Positions 50,844 through 60,395 of a stretch of 64,000 bases of DNA are shown here, piece after piece. The position numbers and the translations under genes were made by a program. Every line of letters starts with the position of its first letter. The stretch's first letter is position 1. Source of the stretch: Candidatus Latescibacterota bacterium (GTDB taxonomy: Bacteria; Latescibacterota; UBA2968; GCA-2709665); assembly GCA_965208835.1 (NCBI GenBank), contig OZ242358.1, forward strand, positions 64,001 to 128,000, given 5' to 3'. A model generated the notes under the pieces. That model saw nothing but the letters and a program-made list of their open reading frames with translations. It was not told where the DNA came from and ran no database searches.

Positions 50844-52022
50844 ATGGTCAGACAAGAAACGATCTACGCAGATTATCAAGCCACAACGCCGGTCGATCCC
50901 CGGGTGCTGGAGAAAATGGACCCTCATTGGCGCGAATCGTTCGGCAATCCCCACTCTAGCGACCATGTCGTGGGCTGGAGAGCCAACGAAGCCGTACACG
51001 AGGCGGGCGAGTCGATCGCGGGGCTGATTGGCGCTGACGTCGATGAAGTGGTTTTCACGTCAGGGGCTACAGAGGCGAACAACCTCGCCCTTCAGGGTCT
51101 GGCCCGGCGGGCGCCGGACGGTCGTGATCGCATTCTGGTCAGCGCAATCGAGCACAAGTGTGTTTTGGCGGCGACGAGGGCGTTAGCTCAGAATCAGGGT
51201 ATCGCTGTCGAGGCGATTCCAGTGGACCACGACGGGTTCGTGGATTTCGATGCATTGCAGAAGCTTGTCGACGAACGCGTCCTTATGGCCTCAGTGATGG
51301 CTGTCAACAATGAAGTGGGAACTATTCAGGATATTCCGCAGATTGCCGAAATGCTCGCTTCATACGGGATCCTGTTTCATTGTGACGCGGCTCAGGCGCC
51401 GTGCGCGATGGACGTGAGTGAGCTTGCCGCGCACGCCGACCTGATCAGTCTATCGGCACATAAATTTCACGGCCCACAGGGTATAGGAGCATTGTATATC
51501 CGGCGCGATCTCAAGGACTCTGTCGAGCCGATGATATATGGGGGCGGACAGCAGGAGGGCCTTCGTTCAGGTACGGTCCCAATGCCGCTTTGCGTTGGGA
51601 TGGGAGTCGCTGCGGAGATTGTTGCCAGCGACGAATCGAAGGAGGAGCGCACGAGGGTCGCCGACTTGCGGGATTCATTCATTGGCCTGCTCGAAAAAGG
51701 GGACTTCACCATCACCGTCAACGGACCAGTCGGACAGAGCCGCCATCCTGGCAACGCCAACATCTGTTTTGAAGGTTGCGATGCGCAAGATATCCTTGGC
51801 GTCCTTCAGCCACGACTCGCGGCATCTACCGGCGCGGCATGTACGACTGGCATTCCGGAACCGTCCCACGTGCTCCGCGCGCTCGGGTTGTCGGACGCAC
51901 AGAGCGAGGCCTCGGTCCGCTTCAGCTTTGGCCGATTCACGACTTACGAAGAAATCGAAACCGCGGCTCGGCTGGTAAGCGAGGCTGTTGCGACCGTTTC
52001 CGTCGAAACTACTATATCATAA
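50844..52022 (+). CDS. sspA: Cysteine desulfurase (SspA/DndA/IscS-like)
   Basis: DYQATTP, FTSGATEANN, SAHK (PLP lysine), STGAACT (catalytic Cys). Confidence 0.88.
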   Translation: MVRQETIYADYQATTPVDPRVLEKMDPHWRESFGNPHSSDHVVGWRANEAVHEAGESIAGLIGADVDEVVFTSGATEANNLALQGLARRAPDGRDRILVSAIEHKCVLAATRALAQNQGIAVEAIPVDHDGFVDFDALQKLVDERVLMASVMAVNNEVGTIQDIPQIAEMLASYGILFHCDAAQAPCAMDVSELAAHADLISLSAHKFHGPQGIGALYIRRDLKDSVEPMIYGGGQQEGLRSGTVPMPLCVGMGVAAEIVASDESKEERTRVADLRDSFIGLLEKGDFTITVNGPVGQSRHPGNANICFEGCDAQDILGVLQPRLAASTGAACTTGIPEPSHVLRALGLSDAQSEASVRFSFGRFTTYEEIETAARLVSEAVATVSVETTIS

Positions 52023-52091
52023 ATAGTATTTATCCACGTTATTTTACTCCGATGCGTAGATCCTGGAACGCCTTGCAGTTTTAGGACTCAC

Positions 52092-52134
52092 GACAAAGAA
52101 CCCCCGGAGATTCTTCTCTCGGGGGTTCTTTGTC
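52092..52134. terminator. Hairpin between convergent sspA and relB
   Basis: GACAAAGAACCCCC...GGGGGTTCTTTGTC. Confidence 0.75.
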
Positions 52135-52187
52135 TGGCTCCGACTTTATGTAAAAACCACTCGCTACTTGGTGCGCTGAACCTCAGA

Positions 52188-52445
52188 TCAACTGTGCCGC
52201 TCCTTTAGCGCGTCCAGGTCGTCGTATTCGTTTAGGCCCTCACCTGTCTCTGCTTGCCTCATTGCCTCTATGGTCTCCTTTTTGGGAATCCTCACCGGGA
52301 AGGGCAAGCCTCCGTGCAGGATGACCTGGACATAGAACAGCGTGATCGCATCGGTTGGGGACAATCCGAGCTTCGAAAATATCGCTTCGGCATGGGTTTT
52401 CAATTCAGGTTCAACTCTGGCCCGGATGAATTCCGTCTTGGCCAT
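52188..52445 (-). CDS. RelB/DinJ family antitoxin (no intact toxin adjacent)
   Basis: IRARVEPELK..AE.IF..LGL..TDAI.LF...GLPF. Confidence 0.85.
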   Translation of the reverse strand: MAKTEFIRARVEPELKTHAEAIFSKLGLSPTDAITLFYVQVILHGGLPFPVRIPKKETIEAMRQAETGEGLNEYDDLDALKERHS

Positions 52446-52581
52446 GGACACCTCCTTCCTTGTCCAAATGTATCACAACCGGGATACAAATTCAACCGGT
52501 TCCCGTCGGCTGTCCACTAGACCTATTCTATCCACCGCAGTCCCGCACTCAACCGCAGGAGTCTAACTGTAAAGGGAGACT

Positions 52582-53187
52582 ATGGAAGCCTGGGAGAACC
52601 TTCGAAGTGAAGGCAAGTCGTATATTTGGACGGCGTTAAAATTACAAGATTACATGTTTGGGGTGGATCATATCCCACGAGAGGCAATGTTTGGTTTATT
52701 CTCCAAACTAGACAAGAACTTCCCAGAAAAAAAACAATGGTGTTTCTATCGAGGACCACTTGAGTTCCAGCATCTGTGGGAAAACCTTTTCCATGATCAC
52801 ATGGAGACAGGATGTAGTCCTTCAGATATTGTTCTCTTGTCTCTTGGGATTGAGATGTGCCTGAAGAGCATTTTCTTGATGGAAGAGAAGTCCAAGCCTA
52901 AGCCTGATCATGACCTTTACGGGCACTTTGATGTATTGAAAGAAGAAACCAAGGACGTTCTTAGAGAAAAGTACAAGTTTCTTTTCCTAAAATTAAACAA
53001 AGATCTCCGGGAAAATTGGCATCTAGCCGAATCTGACAAGGTAGATGTTATACTCAAAGAACATCGTAATGCCTTCAAAGAATTAAGATATCGCTTTGAG
53101 TGGCCACGAGGGACCGGATACAGCATGAATCCAGTATGCATCAGAATGGCGGCTCTTGCCATCGTAGATTACATAACTAATCCATAA
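52582..53187 (+). CDS. AT-rich HEPN-like domain protein
   Basis: IEMCLKS...HDL...F...LRY pattern typical of HEPN folds. Confidence 0.5.
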   Translation: MEAWENLRSEGKSYIWTALKLQDYMFGVDHIPREAMFGLFSKLDKNFPEKKQWCFYRGPLEFQHLWENLFHDHMETGCSPSDIVLLSLGIEMCLKSIFLMEEKSKPKPDHDLYGHFDVLKEETKDVLREKYKFLFLKLNKDLRENWHLAESDKVDVILKEHRNAFKELRYRFEWPRGTGYSMNPVCIRMAALAIVDYITNP

Positions 53188-53394
53188 ACTTGGATTTTTC
53201 GTAGAACAGATGATCGTTTTTTGGCACTATACCGTGTAAGCCCCTTTTATTTTAACGCGATGTCTTTTATGAATTTAATGTATCATGTGATGCAACCTGC
53301 GTCGCGTCAGGAGTTGCGACGACGGTCTGCCTGTGCCATCCTTTCATTCTGAGCGAATTCGAAGAATCTCCCGTCCGTTCCGCGCAGGAAGTGT

Positions 53395-54128
53395 ACGTGC
53401 TGCCTCGCAGGAAACGCCACGTGCAAATCGCTTGCGGTTGATCCCATGCTGCAGTAGATCCTTCGTCGGCCTTGGGGGCACCCTTCGACAGGCTCAGGGC
53501 AAGTCCTCTGGATGACAGTTTTGGCGCACGGGGACGGCAACGTGGGCAGACAGGAATGTCCGCCCCACCTTCACACCGGCTTTCTCAGAGTGTGAGCCCG
53601 CGAGTGCCGACACCTTTTTTTTACAGACCTGACTGGCAACACAGCCGCTCCCCTCCCCGTGCCGGGGAGGGGCCGGGGGAGGGGTCTGCGATACAGAGTT
53701 AGCCTGTATCCGCAGTGCATCCCACAACCAGGAGTTATGACCCAGTTACATCCCGCTCGCCACTTGTCCGGGATTCTTTTTTGTTCCGGGCGGAAGATTA
53801 CGGTATATTTATCGTTCTCTGATTCGTCAGCCTGACGGCTTCCTCAGCATGGCTGTGTGAGCGCCCGAGTGGCTGACGCGTTTCCGGGATAACTCTGCGG
53901 TGGAGGCGGACGTGCTGCCTCTCAGGTTACGCCACGTGCAAGTCACACTGGGTCTATCCGATGTTGCAGTAGATCCTTCGTCGGCCTGGGGGCCTCCTCT
54001 GGATGACAGTCTGGGCGTAGGTCGGGGCTCAGTGTTTCGACGATGTTTGTCGCAAAACATGCCATTCTTAACGACGTGGGCAGACAGGAATGTCCGCCCC
54101 ACCTTCACACCGGCTTCCTCAGAGTGTG
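53395..54128 (+). repeat. Two copies of a ~200-bp composite REP-like repeat (53395-53594 and 53910-54128)
   Basis: Shared blocks ACGCCACGTGCAA, GCAGTAGATCCTTCGTCGGCCT, CCTCTGGATGACAGT and GTGGGCAGACAGGAATGTCCGCCCCACCTTCACACCGGCTT. Confidence 0.8.
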
Positions 54129-54200
54129 GGCGCGCGTGTGACCGATGCGGGGCTGATTGATGACCCTGGAACCCTGGCTATTGGGAGGATTGATTCGAAA

Positions 54201-55460
54201 ATGTCCGATTTGATACCGCTACATGGCGGATTGTCCTCGCCGGTGTGCCGGATGGTTCCGGACGACGAGCGGGACGCTTTTCGCGAGAGTGCATCGAAGC
54301 TGATCCGCGTTCCCGTGAGCGACGCCGATCTGTCCACGGTTTACCGTTTCGGAGACGGCGGGTTGAGTCCGCTCACCGGGCCGATGGACTCGGAGACGTA
54401 TCACAGAGTTCTGGAAGCGTGTGTCATCGACTGCAACGGGAAGCCGTATGCCTGGACCATTCCGCTGGCGCTTCCGGTATCGAGCGACCTGGCAAGTCAA
54501 CTTGAGGTCGGTCAAACCGTTGCCCTGGTGGATCAGGCCGGACAAATCGTGGGCGCCCTGGACATCAGCGACGTCTACCCCTGGGACAAACTGGCGTATC
54601 TCAAGAGCGTCTACCTGACGGAACGGATCGACCATCCCGGCGCGGACATGGTGCTGGAAGGAGATGCCGGCAAGACCCACCTCCTTGGTGGTGAGATCAG
54701 GGTACTGCCGCAACCGAAGCATCCCGCGTTCGGTCGCTACATGCACACACCCGCGGAGGTCCGTCGTCTGCTTTCGGAAACCGGCTGGCGGCGCGTGGTG
54801 GCGTTTCAGACCCGCAATCCGCTGCACCGGGCTCACGAATACGCCCTGGTCCACGGGCTGGAAACGCTGATCCGGCAGGGGATTGACGCGGGCGCCTGTC
54901 TGAACCCTCTGGTGGGAGAGACCAAATCGGACGACGTCAACGCGGAGATCCGCATGCGCACATACGAGGCGCTGATCGAGTCCCGGGGGCTGGGTGACGG
55001 AGACAGCGATGCGGAATTGTGGGAACCCAGAGGGGAGGCCGTGCCGGATCGGGTGACTCTCATCGGCCTGGATATCAAGATGTTCTACGCCGGCCCCAAA
55101 GAGGCCGTCATGCACGCGATATACCGCCAGAACTTCGGCTTTACCGATATTGTCATCGGGCGCAAGCACGCGGATGCGCCCTACCACGACGGCAGCCCGA
55201 TCTGGGGAGATTTCGACGCACAGGAGGTGTTCAACCAGCTCAATGGGAACCTCGAGATCCGGCCCCTTAACGTGGGTTTCGCAGCGTTCTACGAGTCCCT
55301 CGGGCGGGTGGACCTGATGGAGAACCATCCGGACGAGCAGCCCGTTTTCATCTCCGGTAAACAGGTGCGTGAGATGCTGCTGAAGGGGGAGGCGGTGGAT
55401 CCGCGGATCATGCGGCCCGGAACCTCACGGATTCTGAGTGAAGCGATGGCGGGACGGTAA
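54201..55460 (+). CDS. sat: Sulfate adenylyltransferase (ATP sulfurylase)
   Basis: [38 protein letters not shown]. Confidence 0.9.
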   Translation: MSDLIPLHGGLSSPVCRMVPDDERDAFRESASKLIRVPVSDADLSTVYRFGDGGLSPLTGPMDSETYHRVLEACVIDCNGKPYAWTIPLALPVSSDLASQLEVGQTVALVDQAGQIVGALDISDVYPWDKLAYLKSVYLTERIDHPGADMVLEGDAGKTHLLGGEIRVLPQPKHPAFGRYMHTPAEVRRLLSETGWRRVVAFQTRNPLHRAHEYALVHGLETLIRQGIDAGACLNPLVGETKSDDVNAEIRMRTYEALIESRGLGDGDSDAELWEPRGEAVPDRVTLIGLDIKMFYAGPKEAVMHAIYRQNFGFTDIVIGRKHADAPYHDGSPIWGDFDAQEVFNQLNGNLEIRPLNVGFAAFYESLGRVDLMENHPDEQPVFISGKQVREMLLKGEAVDPRIMRPGTSRILSEAMAGR

Positions 55461-55613
55461 GCGTCCGCATCCTCGCTCTCGGTTCGTGGCGGCGTTGTTT
55501 CTCAGGGAATGCCCTTGACAACGATGGGCGTATAGGATAAATTGACCCGGCTTTTGGAAGCAGGCAAACCGGTCGTATTTTCAGGCGTTTATTCGTGGGA
55601 AGAAGGGGATGCG

Positions 55614-56234
55614 ATGTACGAGTTCCTGTTGAACGAAGATCCGGCGGAGGAAGAAGAGGAGGAAGAGCAGCGTGGGGGTCAGGGCGGCGAATACATAGTC
55701 AGAAGCCTGATCAGGGCTCGCACCATCCTGATCTCCGATCCGATCGACCACAAGCTTACAACGCGGGTGATCGCCCAGCTGTTGCTGATGGACAGCGACG
55801 ATCCCGATAAACCGATCACGATCCTGATCAACTCGCCGGGGGGCAGCGCCGACGATGGCTTCGCCATTTACGATATGATTCGCTTCATCCGGCCGCCGGT
55901 GAGAATCGTCAGTGTCGGGTTGTCCGCCAGCGCGGCGACGGTGATTATGCTGGCCGCGGAAAAGGACAGCCGGTTCGCGCTTCCGAACGCACGTATCATG
56001 ATCCATCAGCCGTCAATGCGGTACATGGGTGTCGCTGAAGACGTAAAGCGTACGGCGGAACAGATTCTCAAGCTCCGGGAGCGCATCAACGAACTGTATG
56101 CCCGGGAGACCGGACAACCACTGGACAAAGTGGTTGAAGACACGGACCGGGACTACTGGATGTCCGCCGAGGAGGCGGTGGAATACGGGCTGATCGGCAA
56201 GGTTGTCACGCACTTCAATGAACTCGACGCGTAG
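55614..56234 (+). CDS. clpP: ATP-dependent Clp protease proteolytic subunit
   Basis: INSPGG, SASAA, MIHQP, DTDRDYW. Confidence 0.92.
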   Translation: MYEFLLNEDPAEEEEEEEQRGGQGGEYIVRSLIRARTILISDPIDHKLTTRVIAQLLLMDSDDPDKPITILINSPGGSADDGFAIYDMIRFIRPPVRIVSVGLSASAATVIMLAAEKDSRFALPNARIMIHQPSMRYMGVAEDVKRTAEQILKLRERINELYARETGQPLDKVVEDTDRDYWMSAEEAVEYGLIGKVVTHFNELDA

Positions 56235-56303
56235 TGACGCGATCGTTTCGCGATTCGGCAGGGGCACAGAACGTCGTGCCCCTGCTTTGTTTTGAGAACC
56301 CCA

Positions 56304-57335
56304 ATGTCCCGAGCCGACCGCTTTTTGAAGGCATGCCGCCGCGAGACGGTTGACGCCACACCGGTGTGGCTGATGCGTCAGGCGGGCAGGTACATGCCCG
56401 AATACCGGAGGTTGAAGGAAAAATACGCCTTTCTGGAAATGGTGAAGACGCCGGACATCGCCACCGAAATCACGTTGCAGCCGGTCGATGCGTTTGACGT
56501 GGACGCGGCCATTGTCTTTCAGGATATCCTGCCGATTCTGGAGCCGATGGGTCTGAAACTGGAGTACGTCGGGGGTGCGGGCCCCGTGATTCACAACCCC
56601 GTTCGAACGGCGGCGGACGTGGAATCCCTCGCCATTCGTCCCGCGGCCGAAGCCATGGATTTCGCCGCGGCGGCCATCCGGCAGGTCCGGCGCGTGCTGG
56701 ACGGGAAAGTCCCGCTGATAGGGTTCTCCGGGGCGCCGTTTACGCTCGTCTGTTACGCGGTGGAGGGCGGTGGTTCACGCGACTACCGCCATGCCAAGGC
56801 ACTGATGTACGAACAGCCGGAGACCTGGCGGCGGCTGATGGAGAAAATGTCGGTGGCGGTGGGGGACTATCTCCAGGTCCAGGCGGCGGCCGGCGCACAG
56901 GCGCTGCAGTTGTTCGACAGTTGGGCGGGCGCGTTGAGCCCCGCGGACTATGAGGAATACGTACTTCCGCACACACGGCGGTCGATACGGATGGTTTCGG
57001 AAACGTGCGACGTACCGGTGATCCATTTCGGTACGGGTACATCCGGTCTGCTGCCGCTGATGAAGCGCGCGGGCGGCGACGTGATCGGAGTGGACTGGCG
57101 GATAGATCTCGACGAGGCCTGGAACCGGCTGGGCGTGGACGTGGCAGTGCAGGGGAACCTGGATCCGACGGTGTTGTTTGCGCCCGTGCCGGTGATCGAA
57201 AGTCAGACCGCCCGGATCCTGGACAGCGTCCGCGGGCGGCCGGGACACGTCTTCAACCTCGGCCACGGCATCCTGCAGCACACGCCGGTTGAACACGTGT
57301 CCGCGCTCGTCGAATTCGTGCACGCTTACGGATAG
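56304..57335 (+). CDS. hemE: Uroporphyrinogen decarboxylase
   Basis: PVWLMRQAGRYMPEY, IGFSGAPFTL, QGNLDP, FNLGHG. Confidence 0.96.
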   Translation: MSRADRFLKACRRETVDATPVWLMRQAGRYMPEYRRLKEKYAFLEMVKTPDIATEITLQPVDAFDVDAAIVFQDILPILEPMGLKLEYVGGAGPVIHNPVRTAADVESLAIRPAAEAMDFAAAAIRQVRRVLDGKVPLIGFSGAPFTLVCYAVEGGGSRDYRHAKALMYEQPETWRRLMEKMSVAVGDYLQVQAAAGAQALQLFDSWAGALSPADYEEYVLPHTRRSIRMVSETCDVPVIHFGTGTSGLLPLMKRAGGDVIGVDWRIDLDEAWNRLGVDVAVQGNLDPTVLFAPVPVIESQTARILDSVRGRPGHVFNLGHGILQHTPVEHVSALVEFVHAYG

Positions 57336-58259
57336 GTGACCATGGTGAAAAAGGCCGTGTTGATGCTCGCCTACGGCAGTCCGGATTCCCTGGACGACAT
57401 GGAAGCGTACCTGAACGATATCCGGGGCGGGCGACCGATGTCCCGGGATTTCGTGGAGGAATTCAGGCGCCGGTACGCGCAGATAGGCGGCAGGTCTCCG
57501 CTCAACGAGAACACCTTTGAACAGGCGGAATGTGCGGAGCGAGGATTGAGGGCTCGCGGGCATGACGTGCGCGTTTACGTGGGCATGCGGCACTGGTCTC
57601 CCCGGATTGCGGACACGGTCCGTCGGATGGCCGGGGACGGCGTTGAGGAGGCGGTTGCCATCGTCATGGCCCCACACTACTCCCGTATGAGCATCGGAAG
57701 GTACCGGGAGGAGGTCGATGAATCCGTCAAAGCAGCCGGAAGCCGGATTCAGTTCTCGTTCGTTGACTCCTGGTGGCGGCAACCCGCGTTGCTCGATGCG
57801 CAGGAAGCGCACGTTCGCGCCGGGCTGGCGCCGTTCGCCAGGGACGATCGGAACAGGGCAAAGATTGTCTTTACGGCGCACAGCCTCCCGGAACGCCTCC
57901 TGAAGATGGGCGATCCCTACGACGACGAGCTGAAGGGCAACGCGAATGCAATAGCGGAACGCATGGGAAACGTGGACTGGATGTTCTCCTATCAGAGCGC
58001 CGCTCACACGGGCGAGCCGTGGCTGGGTCCGCAGATCGAAGACGTAATCCCGGACCTGGCCGACAAGGGATATCGGCACGTGCTTGTGGCGCCCATCGGG
58101 TTCGTATGCGACCACGTTGAGATCCTGTACGATATCGATATCGGCGTTCAGGAAATCGCGAGGTCGCGGGGGATGAACGTCAGGCGAATCGCGTCCATGA
58201 ACAGCGACGCCACGTTCATCACAGCGGTGGTGGATGCGGTCGAAGACAAGCTGAATTAA
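57336..58259 (+). CDS. hemH: Ferrochelatase
   Basis: AYGSP, IGGRSPL, FTAHSLP, WLGP, GFVCDHVE.LYD.D. Confidence 0.93.
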   Translation: MTMVKKAVLMLAYGSPDSLDDMEAYLNDIRGGRPMSRDFVEEFRRRYAQIGGRSPLNENTFEQAECAERGLRARGHDVRVYVGMRHWSPRIADTVRRMAGDGVEEAVAIVMAPHYSRMSIGRYREEVDESVKAAGSRIQFSFVDSWWRQPALLDAQEAHVRAGLAPFARDDRNRAKIVFTAHSLPERLLKMGDPYDDELKGNANAIAERMGNVDWMFSYQSAAHTGEPWLGPQIEDVIPDLADKGYRHVLVAPIGFVCDHVEILYDIDIGVQEIARSRGMNVRRIASMNSDATFITAVVDAVEDKLN

Positions 58260-58360
58260 AAACTGCGAAAGACGCGAAGAAACGAAACTACGAGAATACG
58301 AAGAACGCGAAAGACGCGAAAAATCCGTGGCTGAAATCAATTGCCTCAAGAGGCCTGAAT

Positions 58361-58510
58361 GCGGGTAGAGGGTAGACGGTAGAAGAAATCCTTGCCCGGT
58401 ATGTCTTTCCTCATTGCCTTCGGCACGAGAAGAATCGTCACAAGGCAGGTAATCTCTCCCGTCTCCCGGCTTACGTCTACCCGATTCTAAGGGGCAGGGC
58501 GGCCGGGGGG
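58361..58510 (+). repeat. Repeat family B, copy 4
   Basis: GGTAGACGGTAGAAGAAATCCTTGCCCGG...TTGCCTTCGGCACGAGAAGAA...ACAAGGCAGG..ATCTCTCCCGTCT. Confidence 0.8.
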
Positions 58511-58637
58511 AGACGTTCCGAATACGTCCAACGACCTGGTGTATCCTGGTAATCCGCAGTTTAATCGCCTTTTTCAACTTGCAGATATTCGACTTAACGT
58601 CTACGAAGACATACGAATCCTGGTAAAAGGTGCCGAT

Positions 58638-60032
58638 ATGCACGTGACCATCGCTGGCGGGGGGATTGCCGGACTGGCAACGGCCTTCTATCTGCAGGAG
58701 AAGGCGGAAGTGCACGGCATCGAGGTTGCGTATACGCTGGCGGAGGCCACCGGGCGATGGGGCGGGGAGATTCTTACCGAGCGGATCGACGGGTTCACCA
58801 TCGAAGGTGGGCCCGATTTGCTTTTGACGCGAAAACCGTCGGGTGTCGGGCTCTGCCGGGACCTGGGCCTTGAGGACCGCCTGATTGCGCCGAACGAGAA
58901 ACGGCGGAAGACCTTCCTGGCGCAGGGGCGAAACCTGGTCCCGTTTCCGGAAGACTTCACGCTGGTGCCGGCAAAATTCATGCCGGTCGCGCGCTCCCCG
59001 CTTTTTTCCATTCGCGGCAAGCTGCGGATGGGGATGGAACGGTTCGTCCCGCCGCGCAACACAACGGTCGACGAGAGCCTGGCGTCATTCGTCCGCCGGC
59101 GCATGGGTCAGGAGGCCCTGGACAAGATCGGAGGGCCGATGCTGGCGGGCATCCACGGGGCGGACCCGGAGCGGCTGAGCCTGCTGGCCACGTTTCCGCA
59201 GTTTGCGGAAATGGAGCGCAAGTACGGCAGCCTGATCAAAGCGGTGCGGGCAAGCCGGAATCAACGCAGGTCCACTGGTGATGCCGGGCAGGCGCCGCCG
59301 ATGTTCCAGACCCTGATCGGAGGTCTCGGAGAACTCGTTGAAGCGATCGTGGACCGGCTGAAGGGCGATCTGCGCACGAATTGCCCGGTAACGGGTCTGG
59401 CGAAGGTCGATCGCGGTTTCGAGGTCACGTTGGGTGGGGACGCACTGAAAACCGACGCCGTCGTGCTGGCCGCGCCCGCGTTCGCGTCGGCCGATCTGCT
59501 GGACGGTATCGCGCCGCAACTGTCGGGCCGGCTCCGCCAGATCCGTTACGTGTCGTCGGGAACGGTGTCGCTGGCCTATCGAAGAGCGGGTGTCCTGGCC
59601 CAGCACGACCTGGACGGGTTCGGTTTCCTGGTTCCCCGATCGGAGGGCCGCAGGATTACGGGATGCACGTGGGTGTCGTCCAAGCTCGACCACCGGGCGC
59701 CGGATGACGGCGTGCTGATCAGGGGATTCGTGGGCAGAGACGAACAGGAAGACGTGGTCGAGATGCCCGACGAGACGCTCGTATGTGCCGTGCAGGAGGA
59801 TCTTGAACACGTGATGGGGCTGACCGCCGAACCGCTGTTCTCCCGGGTTCATCGCTGGCGGAAGGGCAGGCCGCAGTTCGACGTGGGGCACATGGGCCGT
59901 GTTGACGGGCTGGAATCGCTCGCCGAAGAACATCCGGGCCTTTACCTGACCGGCAGCGCCTACCGCGGATCCTCCGTACCCGACTGCGTCAGACAGGCGA
60001 TTCAAACCGCGGACCGGATTCTGGGGCTATAA
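58638..60032 (+). CDS. hemY: Proto/coproporphyrinogen oxidase (HemY/HemG flavoprotein)
   Basis: GGGIAGL FAD motif, [12 protein letters not shown], follows hemE-hemH. Confidence 0.88.
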   Translation: MHVTIAGGGIAGLATAFYLQEKAEVHGIEVAYTLAEATGRWGGEILTERIDGFTIEGGPDLLLTRKPSGVGLCRDLGLEDRLIAPNEKRRKTFLAQGRNLVPFPEDFTLVPAKFMPVARSPLFSIRGKLRMGMERFVPPRNTTVDESLASFVRRRMGQEALDKIGGPMLAGIHGADPERLSLLATFPQFAEMERKYGSLIKAVRASRNQRRSTGDAGQAPPMFQTLIGGLGELVEAIVDRLKGDLRTNCPVTGLAKVDRGFEVTLGGDALKTDAVVLAAPAFASADLLDGIAPQLSGRLRQIRYVSSGTVSLAYRRAGVLAQHDLDGFGFLVPRSEGRRITGCTWVSSKLDHRAPDDGVLIRGFVGRDEQEDVVEMPDETLVCAVQEDLEHVMGLTAEPLFSRVHRWRKGRPQFDVGHMGRVDGLESLAEEHPGLYLTGSAYRGSSVPDCVRQAIQTADRILGL

Positions 60033-60104
60033 AACGCGGCGGGTATCGGAACCGCGGTCCGGAATGCCTCGCGGCAGTAGGGGCGACCCTTGTGGTCGCC
60101 TAAA

Positions 60105-60271
60105 GGCGGTAAGACGGTAGACGTAAGACGTTAGAAGAAGACCTTGCCGGGTATGCTATTCCTCCTCGCCTTCGGCACGAAAAGAAACCTCACAAGGCAG
60201 GCAATCTCTCCCCTCTCCCGTCTTCCGTCTCCCCGCTTTTAAGGAACACGCCGTAGGCAGGGAATTTGGGG
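60105..60271 (+). repeat. Repeat family B, copy 5
   Basis: Heptamer run AGACGGT/AGACGTA/AGACGTT, core GCCTTCGGCACGA, tail nearly identical to 21085-21135. Confidence 0.8.
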
Positions 60272-60343
60272 AAAAGGGGTTTTGATTTTCGCTTTTGATC
60301 TTTGCTTCTTGCTGATAGCTGATGGTTGACGTTATTGCAAGAG

Positions 60344-60375
60344 AAAGGGGGGCGAGAAATTCTCGCCCCCCTTTT
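60344..60375. terminator. Bidirectional terminator between hemY and serS
   Basis: AAAGGGGGGCGAGA-AAT-TCTCGCCCCCCTTTT. Confidence 0.8.
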
Positions 60376-60395
60376 GTATTCGGATTTTCAACGGT

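Larger units (their letters stand above)
39777..52134. mobile_element. Lower-GC defence island bounded by related hairpin repeats (no integrase seen)
   Basis: Visible drop in GC, defence gene content, imperfect direct repeats at 39777-39815 and 52092-52134. Confidence 0.6.

Noticed and set aside
54201-55460. sat as part of the phosphorothioation system
   Set aside because: It has host-like GC, lies outside the island and is separated by repeats; PT sulfur comes from cysteine via the desulfurase.
56775-58715. 646 aa minus-strand ORF and similar long antisense ORFs (e.g. 25863-27173, 18300-19469)
   Set aside because: Shadow frames of well-identified genes in GC-rich DNA, with no recognisable motifs.
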